DNA of 64,000 bases from Syncephalis fuscata S228 (lineage: Eukaryota > Fungi > Zoopagomycota): assembly GCA_025786725.1 (NCBI GenBank), contig JAHLTZ010000044.1, forward strand, positions 62,001 to 126,000, in the 5' to 3' direction. Made by a program: the position numbers and the translations under genes. The notes under the pieces are model-generated. The model had not been told where the DNA came from. It saw only the letters and a program-made list of their open reading frames with translations, and ran no database searches. Shown piece after piece: positions 30,900 through 44,373 of this stretch (position 1 is its first letter; every line of letters begins with the position of its first letter).

Positions 30900-31605
30900 A
30901 ATAACTTTTATTCTTAATGCATTTATTACTTCACTTTTAATTGTTCTATAATAATGAATATTTTTTGAGGTCAAATGACTTTAATTAATTCACTTATATT
31001 AACAGTGCAATATATAATCTACGTCATCACATTTCCTTTCTCTTTCTTTACACGTGACAGCATATATCCATTGCATATACTTGTACACTCCATATATGCT
31101 ACCTAAATAGTGTCAGTAGTTGACTGACTACTAGTCAAGTGCAAACACTATTTACACTATGCCCTTGCATTGCTCTTCTTTAATCCGACCTTTGCAAATT
31201 ACCTTATTCACTCCGGTCATTGGTATTGGCAGCCTTATTAACGCGGTAGGTGCATTTCCAACTTGTTTTTATGTTATTTTAAGCATATGCTGTGAAATCT
31301 CGTTGTATGCTGTGTTGTTACTATTGATCGCAATTGCAGGTCATCTGGCAACAGCTCCGCAATCTCAACAGTAACAGTGCAATATGCTATTGTCAAGACT
31401 GTACAAGCTACTGTTAGTACGATCTGCAGCAGGATCTATAGCAAATCAAAGTATAAAACGGATCTGGCAGCATATAGCCACCACAGTCATTATGTACAGC
31501 TGCTGTACGCATACGCCGGCAATAGAAGCAGATTTTACTGCTAATATAGTCGTTGAACAAATTTTCAACACCAGTACAACATGCGATTCGTCACTGTTGC
31601 TATTG
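30900..31605 (+). repeat. Dispersed repeat family 1 copy; 31016-31504 is the right arm of the inverted repeat
   Basis: Near-identical inverted match to 27602-28090, with AT-rich subrepeats at the 5' end and a terminal hairpin gttgaa-caaatt-ttcaac. Confidence 0.93.
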
Positions 31606-31834
31606 TAATATTAACAATAAAAATATGGTCGTTTATTTGTATGTTTAAATGAACCAAGTTGAAATATACAAAGAATAAAGCTAGATACAGGCAGATAGCG
31701 GTTTTAAATAGAATAAGGACAGCGAGCATAAATGCATATATTAAAGTGAGTATACAATGGAAATAGTACGAATGGCGATGTTGACGTTATATATAATGGT
31801 ACAAATGAAGTATATTAAAACATATAAACAATAT

Positions 31835-32050
31835 AATGTATTAGTATATTATAGAATGATATATGGTAGTGTGGGATAGAATGGAAATGATATAGGTGAA
31901 TAGAGGATATATGCATACTGGATAATAATCTATGACGATGCTGATTTGAATGGATGATGTCATTCACCGCTCAGTTTATGTTCAATAGAACGAATGTTTA
32001 ATTCAATTACGCGAATGCTATTAGATTCAGTCATTTGACGCCCCATCATA
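31835..32050 (+). repeat. Dispersed repeat family 2 copy
   Basis: atagaatgatatatggtagtgtgggatagaatgg...tagaggatatatgcatactggataat...gatgtcattcacc...atgttcaatagaac...agtcatttg is reverse-complementary to 53300-53520 and 43170-43333. Confidence 0.85.
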
Positions 32051-33101
32051 CTAAATAACTAATCAAATGTTTGTAAATTAAATTGTTCAATAATGCTAAA
32101 TGACACACAGTATGTAACATAATTATGAATAATCAATAAATACATGCCATTTCTTGCAGATCCGTTCTATTCTCTGCTGCTAATATCAAGTTGTCTGCAA
32201 ATATTCTGTGCGCTACATCTGTCTGAGTAATACCTTTTTAGTGATTCGTACTTACAGACATATTGTGCCTTACTCAACTCGGTAATTAATGGATTATAGA
32301 ATACTGGCCACAATGGCAGCAAATCAGCTTACTCCTTGGCCTAATTACATTTTGAATGACGCATATCTGTATAAACTATTTGACATAACTAATTAGATTT
32401 CTTTTTAGTAACTACTATTTTTATAAAGAATCCCTTGCCCCTTCAAAGAGGGGGCTAAACTAGGGAGTTACGAGTTGGATGGCTAGCAACTTGTGCGCCT
32501 TTACGTGCAATGTATAGTCGCATTGATTCCATCTACATGCACATCAAGGCATGCAAAATGCATCATGTGCACTAGGCGTGGGGAATTTGTGATATAAATT
32601 GACATATTTACTACTTGAACATGCATCTATGTTTATCATTGCTATTTTTGAACATTTCCATCGTGATTTCTTGCCTGACCGGTCGTGCACTTTTCCCGTA
32701 GCGTTCGTTTACATATAACTTCTTTCTCAAACAATACTGCTGCTGCTACTACTGTGGTTCTACCGCTTCTTTGCTCTTTTTGCTCTCTCGCTTATTTCAA
32801 TTGCTTGCTATCTCATTTGGCCATTCCCATTGTTGAATGGTGCTGGGTGTGCATTATTAATTAACTATTGTTACAACTATCCCACGCTATTGCCTATATA
32901 TATATATATACGCCTATTTGTCTATCAGCTCGGACTATTGTATCCGGTTCTTTCTTCTTTCGACTTCTTAAACGGCTTTCCCTGCGATTTTATGTTTTTG
33001 ACTATATAACGCACGAATACTGATTCGGTTGACGTTTAACTTGTCTTTATTAAAGCCGTTATTGCCACTACTACTATTGCTGTTGCTATATAGTTTACAT
33101 T

Positions 33102-34874
33102 ATGACGACACAGGCCCTTGATAACGTCCTCCCGTGGCCATTATCGAAATATGATATCGACCCACAAACTGGCTTTCTACCACCTGAAGAGCCACTACAT
33201 CGTTTGCCAGCCGATGGGCCGTTTAATATTTGGGAACGTTTAATGGACGACCTACAAGGATTGTTATTAACGGGCACTTTACGAGCTCGTATACTTAAGG
33301 TAGTTTGTCTATTGCCACACTGTACTTGTAGAGCAGCTATTCTAACTTGCTATGTTTATAGCTGCCAATACTCGATGTCGATCTACTCACGACTGTACCC
33401 GAACATCGTCGTGCCTATCTTGTGCTATCGATGTTGACCCACGCCTACGTTTGGGGTAAACATGAGCCTGCAGCCGATGTACTACCTGCCTGTTTAGCTA
33501 TTCCTTTCTGCAAAGTATCCGAAATGCTTGGTATTCTTCCAGTTGCCACCAGCGCTTCGTGTGCGACTTGGAATTGGAAGCGGCTTGATCCAGAAGGACC
33601 GTATGATTTAAGGTAAGTAAAGCTAAGCCGCTGGTTAAAAAAGACGCGAGAAACTAATAATTACTTAGCAACTTAATTACGTTGCATACCTTTTCTGGTT
33701 CTATGGACGAATCATGGTTTTATCTCATCACGACAGCAATAGAAGCACGTGGAGGTAGAGCCATCTGTGCTATGTTGGCAGCAGCAAAGGAGACGCTATC
33801 GGCAACGCCTTCGATGCAACGGTTGGCTGAGCAATTGACTATACTTGGCGACGAAATTGCTCAAATGGCACATATTCTAAATCGTATGTACGAACGCTGC
33901 GATCCGTATGTGTTCTTCTGGAAGGTAAGTTAACATTGGAAAGCGATTGTTTGTTAATTTATTGACTAGGTCCGTGTATACTTGGCTGGCTGGTCTAATA
34001 TGAAAGAGGCAGGACTGCCTAATGGTCTTCATTATGAGGGCGTAGATGCTGAGGGTATCTATCGCGAATATCCTGGCGGCAGTGCCGGCCAAAGTGCACT
34101 AATGCATAGCCTGGACTTGGGACTAGGTATACAGCATAATGCAACAGGAAAAAATACCGGACGAAATCAATTTATGCTGGCCATGCGAAAGCACATGCCA
34201 GCTACGCAGCGACAATTCCTTGTTGACCTTGAAACAAAGACGGATATTCGCTCATTTATTCAGCAGCTAGCAAGCCATGAGACTGTTGATACTCATGCCG
34301 CGCAAGTAATTGCCGCATATGATCGATGTGTCGATCAGCTTAAGCAGTTCCGTGATCGTCATATTCAAATGGTTACCCTTTATGTGATTATGCCAGCACG
34401 TAAAGGTCCAGTCGTAGGTGGACATCGCAGTGTAGCAGGTACAATGATGAACGAGAAACCCACCATACCAGCCACTTTGGCAACAGGGCATGGCCGAGAA
34501 GCGCCTTTGACGCCACATGTGGCAACGGTACAGCATTCACCACATGCTCCTGATACCGCATTTAGGTCATCACGATTGTATCCACAAGCTGTGGCTAGTG
34601 GCAGCACTGCCGAAACCGGTTCCGATACACCGGCACTAACCTCCACACCATCGCCAGGGCATCACCAGTATCGACGGCCAGCACAGGTCATGATATTTCA
34701 CCGCCACGCTCACCCATCAAATCGCTGCCACCACCCGCCTTTGATACGCAACCGTACTTTGGTTTGGCACGTCCCAACGAAGGTGATCGAGTCAATCGCG
34801 GTACTGGTGGTACAGATGTCCTACCATTTCTTAAACAGCTTCGCGATGAAACGAAGACGGCAAAAATGCGCTAG
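33102..34874 (+). CDS. BNA2: Indoleamine 2,3-dioxygenase (3 introns; frameshift near 34657)
   Basis: IDPQTGFLPPEEPL, HRRAYLVLSMLTHAYVWG, TWNWK, TFSGSMDESWFYL, RMYERCDPYVFFWKVRVYLAGW, YPGGSAGQSALMH, MRKHMP, FRDRHIQMVTLYVIMPA and RGTGGTDVLPFLKQLRDET. Confidence 0.95.
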
Positions 34875-35494
34875 TTATACCAATTCCTATGTCTAATCTA
34901 TCATTGTTTAAATCTTTATGTTTAACACCTTGCAGCAATAGCAATAGTAGCAATCATATTCATGGTGGTAATCTTGTGGCTATTCATACGCAAGCGCCAT
35001 TAAAAGCGTGCAAATAAACATTGTAATTATCCTGAACACTTATTTCAATGTAATCATAGTATATTGAATCAAATAGCTTATTATTTGTAATATCAAATGA
35101 ATTTGTGTTCATAATATCGCACCTCATATTGCATAAATGTTTATTCATTGCTATAACATGCCATTTGGCCGTTTCATCTGTATTACAACATGACCATATA
35201 TTTTTATTAATTAAATAAAAATATTTTCTTTTTACATTACTATTAGCATATTACAAATAGCTAGATTTACACAACTGCAACATGTCATTTGTTTTAATAA
35301 TACTAGTAATAATTTATTGCTGATAGAGCTAGTTTTAAACGGATAAAAGTATATATTATATTGTGGTCATTATAAAATAAAATAGTATACAATGAAAAGA
35401 ATACCGATAATGGTGCTAGAGTTGTACTGTATATAATTTTAATGTTGCCATTCATATTTATCAATATATATACTCATTCTAACGTGTGTTCCTC

Positions 35495-36305
35495 TATCGT
35501 TTACCGATTATACGTTATTAATAAAAGCTGTCTGCTTATTGCCAACTGTATTTGTCATATTGATTCATACTATTTATTTCATTTACTCAATCGCATACAT
35601 GATAGTTTTACCATTATCATTCATGTAGTTTCTTTTGTCTATTTGTTTGGCTATTTATTATTATATGTTGCCAAAATCACTTTGTGCTTTGATATGTTAC
35701 AGATTGCCATTGCAAATTGTACTGGCAATAGCTTTTACAGTCTTTATAGTAGCGGATCGCACTGCTGCTGTTGAGATTGCAAAGCTATTACCGGATGACC
35801 TACAATGGCGATCTATAGTAAAAGCAAAGTATAAAACGACATTTCACAGCATGTATTCGCCATAATATAAAAACAAGCCAGAAATGCACTTATCGTGTTG
35901 ATAAAGTTGCCAATACTAATTATCAAAGTGCTGCTGATTATTTGTAAAAAGATAAGATTAAAGAGCAATACAAGGACGTGGTGTAGAAGGTGTTGCTAGT
36001 CAACTAACTAATAGTCAGCCAACTACTGACACCAACTAAGTAGCATATATGCTATCAAGTGTGCAGAAAGGGAAAAGAAAGTGTGATGACGTAGATTATG
36101 AGTTGGAACCTTGTCAGTCAATATTTATAGAAACGTGAATTATTTATTAACAAGCAGCATGTGAATAATAAAAGCAATCTACCCAACATGTCGGTACATC
36201 ACAGAACAATGTTAACAGTGAATAAATAAATGTATTAAAATAAATGCCATTTTACCACCAAAGCTATTCATTAGTTCATTGATGTAAAATAATAAATTTA
36301 TTAAA
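35495..36305 (-). repeat. Dispersed repeat family 1, subfamily B copy 1 (~810 bp)
   Basis: Near-identical direct repeat of 47318-48121. The distal ~500 bp is colinear with 27720-28260. Confidence 0.95.
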
Positions 36306-38440
36306 TGCGATAGATATGCCACTTGGCACCAAATGTAGTATCAAAAAACTTTTATTAGCAAAATAGCAAGCATAGTTAAAAAAGTGAATAGCAAATAATA
36401 AAAGCCAGCTCGCCATTATACAATATAGTTCATCGATCCATATGATACAGCGCCATGCTATGCCATGCTATAAATTACGACACCATAGCACATGATGACC
36501 ATGAATGTAGAGTAAAGTGGATCGGCAAATAGCTTGCCATTTGTCTACACCCTGCGCTCTTCTTTCGAACCGCATGATCATCTTGTGATCTAGTAATTTA
36601 CTTTAAGCCAATAGCCAGGCATTGGCGCCTTGAACGCACTGTTCTATCCTCCCCCGCTACCACTAATGCCACATGTCTGGGCATGAATTCCACGTGGACA
36701 GTTGTAGATACTCCGCTCCATTAGAGAGACAGTCGCCTAGATTCATATTCTATGATGCTGTCCACCCACTCATGAATCTTGTTTAGCCACTCCATTTAGA
36801 GAATGAATGGTTGAACAAGATCTACAAACGAATAAGCAACATTTTAGAAGATGGATATAGGCGGCAATGCATGTGTTATTCATAAAGCATTACAATGGTC
36901 TATACAGCCCTCTAAGCAGCTATATGAACCTGCATTTCTACACTTGGCATGCTGTGCACTAAGCTGCACGTATACACCAGTATATTATACTATTATGACA
37001 GATCAGGAGCAATGCTCTTTATTAATGCATAGACAAGTTTCGCGGGAATAGGAGGGCATAGTCAATCGTTCAAGATCAGTACATTCATACGCACGAATAC
37101 TTTCACGCGCATCGTATGGAGTCTCGTAACCGGTAAATATGCATAAGCATGCCGCTCAAACTACCCATCCATTCACACCAAAAAGATAAGCACCTCGGTC
37201 ACTTTGTTTGTCTGCCCATCTGCCCGTCTGTGTGAGCGTGAGCACATCTTTTGTTGTGACTTTTCGAACGAATGAAAGCCTGACGAAATCGGCCTTGTTC
37301 GCAATGGCTACCGCGTTTAGTGCGTGTGTCTGTGTTTGTGTGTGCTTGAGCGCGCATGCGTATAAACAGGTCGCGAGCACACGACTGGCGACCAAGCGAC
37401 CATGCTGCCGCCTTGTTCACAAGTTCGACTGCAGACGTTATAAAGTTCCTGGAACAGTACTGGTGTTTGCACGCTTATCGCTTTCTTTTGTCATCTCTGC
37501 TGCTTGCAGTTTATTTTTTAACGTAGTATCGCAATAATAGTAACAGCAACGACGACACAACGTCCAGTTGCTTTTGTTGTAGCTTACGGCGTTTTTCTCT
37601 TTTGCATACTTTTGCCCGGTTATCTTGTTTTACCACCCTACAACGCTACACACCGCACGTTCTCTAGTTCGTCGGTATATTTGGTTATTTTTGTTGTCGC
37701 ACAACTTTGCTTATAAGCGACAGTTTTTATTGTGCTGCCGGTCAGCTTACTACATTCGTCTTACGTCAACTATTGCTTTTTACGTTGTTTATTGATTGCG
37801 GCTATTGCACACTCGGTCTTTCAACGAAATACGTATTGAACACCGACGATTCAACAAGCATACTTAATCAGTACTACATATCAGCGGGCTAGGTTCCTTC
37901 TTGCCCGATTCAGATTGAATAGCTTTATTTTGACGTACTACAGGTAGTATTTTTGGTAGTCATATTAATAAGGTCCAAACGCCGCATTATTATATCGGTC
38001 TAGATATATTGTCGTCGTTATTAGCAATATTAACATCAACTTTAACATCAACATTAATCGACGTGCTCTTTAATACCGTTTTGGCCATTATTACATCCTA
38101 TTCGTTCTTTAGTTTGTTATAGTCACATCTACTTACGTTGTAACTATAATTACTACATTTAAACACACACACACAAACACACACAGATATAGCTACTTGC
38201 TATCTGTCCTTTAGTTGTACAATCGTATCTATTTACGGTTTTATTTCTACCAATCAATACTCATCTATATTTCTCTCTTTCTGTAGCTAGATCACGCTTG
38301 ATACGTGGTTTCTTTAGCTTATTTTGATACTTTAAGTTTTTGTGGCTAGATTTTTTGTGTGCAAGCAAGCATACTACACTGCACGGTGTATTTCCTATTT
38401 CGCCAACTTCTATCTATCCATCCTCGACTATACAACCACC

Positions 38441-40530
38441 ATGCCAGTCTCCATCGCTAACTTCATGATGGGCTCGCGCCACCGTCGTCACGTGTCGACA
38501 CCTGACATCCGTACACAGTCTGGCCCTAATGGCGAGACTTACGCACAGCTCCCCCCATTGGCCCGTATTTTTGCCACTCCACGCTGGCAATTGCCATCCT
38601 CAATCAAATCGATCCAGAATAAGCGCAAATCTGGTCCAGCCAAGCTATTTACCAAGATCTTCCGCTCTTCAAAGTCATCAAAGAAGGCACAAATCACTGA
38701 AGCTGATGTACTTCGTGAGACTGAAGTCGCACTCAGCATTATTGAAGAGACGACCGCGACGACTACTGCCACAATGACAGCTGGTCGTCCCGTTGTCAGC
38801 ATCCAGTCGCCACCAGCCGTTGCCGCCGATGACATTCGTTGGGTCTCAACACCGGTAGAAGCACAAAACCATCCATTTACCGTCTATGCTCGTGCTGACG
38901 ACGAATTACGCGCATTAACCGATCGATTCGTTAGCTCAACAGCCGAATCCGTCCGTAACTTGGCTCCACGTGCCCATATTCTACACCAAAAGCACTTGCG
39001 TGCCTTGCACGTACTTGTCCGTATGATGGTACCTCGTGCTCGTTTCGGCCCACTTGCTTATCGCAGTCGTATTCCAACTGATGACCGCAACGAACTCGAA
39101 CGTGACGGCTACTGTGAAAGTGTGCTATTCGCTGCTCGTGCTCTCGCTCGTGGCTATCGCATCCGCGGTGCCGAGCGTGATACCTATGAACTGCGTGACC
39201 TTGGTGTGGCTCTTTATGCTGCCTACGAGGCTGTACGTGTCCGTCTTCGTTGCGAACTTGCCCGTATTAACTCGGCCAGTGTCGATACGCTACTTATGCG
39301 CTATGCCTTCTTGGATGCATTACGCCATGCCTCTCGTCCCACACCAAATCTCGAGGCTGACGAATGGACATTGCCTATTGATGATGAAGATATTGAACTC
39401 TACACAGTGCTTCAATGCCAAACTGCTTTCAACTGCCGCTCAGCCAAGAAACGTGCTGACCAAGATGCCAATGTAAGCGCGCTTATGGGCATTCGATCAG
39501 CACTACTTGATTTCCACCGTAGCTGGGTCGGATTTGAGCGTGCTGTATGCCGCTGCTACTTCTGCACTGAAGGCCATCGGCCAGGTTGTCGTCACCAAGG
39601 TGAAATTAGCTGCAAGGTTGTGCAGCAATGGCGCGATACACTTACCATTGCTGTACACGAGCAGCTACTCGATGCGGATATGGTAGCCGAAGTTGATCCA
39701 AGTGTTGTATTAGCTTTGCCACGACTTGCACTGCTTGATACATCACTACGTGATATGGGCGCACTTTGCTCAAAGCCCATTACACTTGCACCGGTCAAGG
39801 CACGTTCATGCCCGAACCTATTGTCGAGTGGACGTGCGGCCATTAACTCTGCTCTTACCACCAATGGATCACCACAGCTACAAAACTTTTCTAATAACGA
39901 CGGTCTTATGCAGACTGATCCGGACACTGAGCCGGATGTCTGGTGGACTGGCTACTCAGGTGGACTCGTTGCATTGCGTTCTGAATTGCGTTCATTTACG
40001 CCAAAGGATTTACGCCAACTGCGTCGCCGACTTGTGCTTAGCACAATGGCTGCCGAGAATGCAACTGAACTGCCAATGCTTGCCAAGTCGGCCAAGGTCG
40101 ATTCAGCCTTCCGATCCATCTGTGCTCATGCTGATGCTTTGCACAGCGGATCTGGTGCTCAACGATGCCTTGCATTGCTTGGTCGTGTACTTGACGGCTT
40201 TTCTGCCGAACTTGAATCAAGACTAGCCAACATTGAAGCAAATGGTAGTAATGGAACAATATTACTGGACGTAACAACGCTACTTGGTATACAGCAGCAG
40301 CTTCCGCTGAAGATGATTACCACGATACCGCCTCAATCATTTCCTCCGATGATATGCAGCGCTCTTCGGGCTCGTTTGGTGATGAAGAAGACGAGATCCG
40401 CGATACTACACGGCGTGGCCGAGTCAGTCGCCCGAGTCAACGTCATCATCACGATGTTAGTATGATGATGGCCACGGGTGCTAAAGTGCCAATGCCGCCC
40501 GTACGTCGAGCTGGTGCCATGATGCGCTAA
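38441..40530 (+). CDS. Lst2/ZFYVE28 N-terminal-domain homologue without a FYVE finger (intronless CDS; probable frameshift near 40253)
   Basis: YARADDELRAL, VLFAARALARG, ALLDFHRSWVGFE, LLDADMVAEVDPSVVLALPRLALL, LRSELRSFTPKDLRQLRRRL and FRSICAHADALHSG are colinear with recalled conserved Lst2 blocks. The alternative frame after ~40253 gives a natural acidic tail ending TAA at 40530. Confidence 0.75.
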
Positions 40531-41451
40531 TTAACATCACTAATAGCGTATTCATCATGATGGATACACGCAATCACGTGTATCTATTTGTATATGGCCA
40601 ATTCTTAGACGTGCGCGGATCACCGCGACTATGTATCATATTCGTAGAGAAAGAGTGCGAGTGCGAGAACGGTATTTAAAATACCATATTGTTATTATCA
40701 TTAATTTTATTCACGGTTGTTTGTTACGAACATGACTACCAATACCATTACTACTATTACCGCTACCACCACCACGATTAATGCATATCGTTTGCTTTAT
40801 CTCCTTTAGTTACTTTGTCTATTTGATTATCAGCCTCTTTTTATTCCCACTACAATTATAATAAGTGGTTTAATTTGTGATCAAATTGCATGTGTGGCTA
40901 TATGATTATTTCACACTTTGTGTTTCCATTCATTATTTCCTTGCGTTTCCTTTCTATTTAGTTTTTTTGCAATAGCGAGTGTTTACGCTCATTGCAGCGT
41001 TATAAATACCACCGTTATTCACAAACATATATATATACATATATTCGATTACGATTATTGCAAACAATTTGTTTCCTTTTTCCATCATTTTTGCTAATGT
41101 ATTATTATGAAGAGAAATGAACTTCATAATATAACTAAAAGCGTTAGTTCAAAAATCAACCCATGTTGTCAAAACAGTCATTATGTCATAGATAGATATA
41201 CAACAAATATGTGTAAGCAGAGAAAGAAAAAGTATTTTAAAGGAGAATTAAACACTCCAACTTTATCATCCACGCGTTAGTCGTCACTGATCATGAACGA
41301 CATACAAAAGCTGTTGCTAACAAAGATAATCGCCAAGATATGTAAGTGGTGTCTGTGTGTGTGTCTGTGTGTAAGTAAGAAAACGCCCAGCATCAGTAGC
41401 AATTGCGACAACAATAACAGACCTGACGACAAATCAAGCGCCAAATACTGT

Positions 41452-42590
41452 TTATTTCTTGGCTGGGTTAGCAGCCTTGGACTTGGCAAGACCGCGGAAC
41501 TTCTTGGCGCGGTTCTTGCGTTCCTTGCGCTGCTTACGCGAGGTACGGACGTGCTCGAACAAACCGTTCTATTAAATATGCAAAAAAGAGTAAGTCATAC
41601 CATAAATAATATATTGGCTAGTTATTACTAGCTATTCTGCTAAATAGCTGCTAATCTACACAAATACTTACGCGAGCAAGGCGGTACTTAGGCTCGAAGC
41701 GTTTAGCAGAGTCAACTGAGTCGTAGATCAAAGCAAACCAGTTGAGCGACCACCACCAAAGTGGATACGGAAACCGAAGACAACAATGCTGTCCTTGTCG
41801 GCTTTGTACATCTTGGCGAGTTTGTCGCGGATTTCATCCTTGGAAAGGCTGGCGCGACCTGGGTGGATGACATCCACAACCTGTAACATTAAGTTAATAA
41901 AAGTACAAGTAAAATATTATGTCGGTTATAATAATAACGACAATAAAATAATAAACCGCGTAATGCTATCTATAAACTATAAAAATACTTACCATTTGCT
42001 TGCGTTGAAGCAAGCGGTTGGTCAAGAACTTGCGAGTGCGGAGAGTTGCCGATGGAGCGTCAGCCTATTATTCAATCATTAGTAAACTAATTAACGATAC
42101 TTTAGTAACCAGATTCATGCTATTACTCCCATAAGCCACCTCCAATTCCACAAATTGGATGAATTATATACGCAATTCGTATATTATTATCGTTAATAAC
42201 GCCATCTATTTGTCGCACCACTGGGTATAATATACTGTTGTTTATAGTATATTCAGTATTCTTAAATAAAGCTATCCATCTCTATATCAGCCAAATATAA
42301 TGCCTATATTTATATAGCAATTCATTTCTTCATATGTATATGTATGTATGTATGTATGTATTCATCCATCCATCCATCCATCCATCTATCCAGCTACTTA
42401 TTAGCCTATTGCTTGTACTATCATTATAGACAGTTGCTGATAGTATGTTAATATATCCATCATCCGTTTCTATATCATATACTGTTTACTCGAATCCATC
42501 CATTTTCTAGCCATCTCTATCCATCCATCCGCGCTAATTGATGTATAGTGTATTGATTCTATGGTGTAAATACCATCTTCTACCTACCAT
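41452..42590 (-). CDS. RPS24: 40S ribosomal protein S24 (eS24), 4 exons
   Basis: ATG|[24 protein letters not shown]|[26 protein letters not shown]...[14 protein letters not shown]...[11 protein letters not shown]|...[16 protein letters not shown]. Confidence 0.97.
42333..42392. repeat. Compound (TATG)n(CATC)n microsatellite in RPS24 intron 1
   Basis: tatgtatatgtatgtatgtatgtatgtattcatccatccatccatccatccatc. Confidence 0.9.
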
Positions 42591-43029
42591 GATGCTGTCT
42601 GAGGTCTCTGTATATCGCCGGATCGGGGATAGCACAGCAGAAGAGAAGAGAAGGGACCAGAGGCAGTATGGGGCGCACTCCTACGATGTTCATCTGTGCC
42701 AGCCAATCACCACACACAACACGCTCACACATATACACACTTATTTGCACACTCATTCACTCATTCGTAGTCACATTAATTACAAAGTAACAATTTAATA
42801 GTAATAATAGTCAATATATAAATATAAAGTAAATAAAGGACTTGTGCCAATTGTATTAACCAGAATTAGAAGTAAAATATAAATAAAGTATAAATAAAAC
42901 AGATACTGTTTCTCTAATTGTGACATATGCTAGAATGGCTGCAAGAGCGATGGCAAAGCAAAGAGTAGAAAATTAAGTACGTAGCAGCTTTAGCTATGCA
43001 GAATAATAGCATAACACAGTAATTGTGGC

Positions 43030-43493
43030 AGTCCAATGACTACATTAAAGGATATTGACACAACTGAATTACTTATTCTTTTTATTAAACATGTAATTAA
43101 TGGTTAGTTATATTAATGATTAATTAGTTAATTATATTGTAATCTGGTAATTAAGTAACAATAATTAATCATTTAATCTATTGAACATGATGGTGGGTGG
43201 CGAATGACATTAAAGCTTAAATGCCCATCATGATGGATTATTATCCAGTATGCATATATCCACCATTTACTTACATTATTCCCATTCTATCCCGCGCTAC
43301 CATATATCATTCTACAATATACTAGACACATTCTATTTTATATATTTTAATATACTGTACTCATTCCAGTTATTGACCTATATTACTATAACTTCAAAAA
43401 TGTATTAAAGTAAATAAAGCATCGAATGTGTCTAGTGTGTTATAGAATGAGAATGATATAAATGAATAGAGGATATATGCATACTGATAATAA
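43030..43493. repeat. Repeat family 2 locus: a minus copy plus an inverted partial copy (fold-back)
   Basis: 43238-43333 is reverse-complementary to 43424-43493, with a deletion. 43170-43333 matches 53360-53510. Confidence 0.8.
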
Positions 43494-43659
43494 ACCATCT
43501 AATGCTAGTGTAACAGCTTTAACGTTAACAAATAAGACTACAACTAAATAAAGCATTAATACCGCTAGTATTAAAATGTTTATTGAAATCGCGTTATAAC
43601 CAAGCTACATGCTATCAAAATATGCACTATAATTCATTCAATATTCACAAATATAATGC

Positions 43660-44373
43660 TTATTTGTTTTTCTTGGCTGCCAATTCACGTTGCTTGGTCG
43701 CATATTCTCGGCGGAAGCGTGTGACTTAATGCCAACCTGATTACGCACTTTTTTATGAAGAGTAGGGCGATATCCAAAAGCAAAGAGAATTTCAAGAAAT
43801 ACGAAGAGTGGTGCTTGTAGCAATGCTAAATGTAATGGATTAGAATACATAGCAATTAACTATAAACATTTAATGTAATTTACCTTGAGCAAAATTGTCG
43901 AGTAAAGCAGGCGAGCGCTTCTCAAATACATGATGCGTAAAGATCTGGGCAAACCATGAAAACACTTGTATGAATATAGCGATTTTAATTGGAGCTTCTG
44001 CGTGATTATAGAATCCAGTAGCAGTTATCGACATGATACACAGAATAGGTGTCATTAGCATCTAGATAAATAGCAATTAGCTTTATAGTGTTCTAACTTT
44101 TCCGGTTATACTTGTACTTACACCAGCAGCAGGTTCCAGCAACATATAGTATGCGCTGTAAAGGAGGGCGGCACTGAATGGTACATTGATAACAACTGGT
44201 ATCTTAGAGAAGATACCTGTATCAATCGTAGCAATCGGATCGAAAGCACTAGTAAGCACCATAGCACTCCAAAGAATAAGCGGTACACATATAATGTGGC
44301 AAAGCACGTTGATACGATTACTGTGGTAGCTACCATAGAAGATTAGCTGCTGTTCAAGGTCAAAGGCTCCCAT
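43660..44373 (-). CDS. MPO1: Mpo1/DUF962 2-hydroxy fatty-acid dioxygenase-like ER protein (spliced)
   Basis: FDLEQQLIFYGSYHSNRINVLCHIICVPLILWS, SWFAQIFTHHVFEKRSPALLDN, APLFVFLEILFAFGYRP. Confidence 0.9.

Noticed and set aside
41740-41750. Programmed frameshifting or pseudogenisation of RPS24 and other genes
   Set aside because: Scattered homopolymer indels in otherwise intact conserved genes are better explained by sequencing error.
42065-42587. Long RPS24 intron 1 as a possible snoRNA host
   Set aside because: No box C/D pair was found on the sense strand; the length is partly explained by microsatellites.
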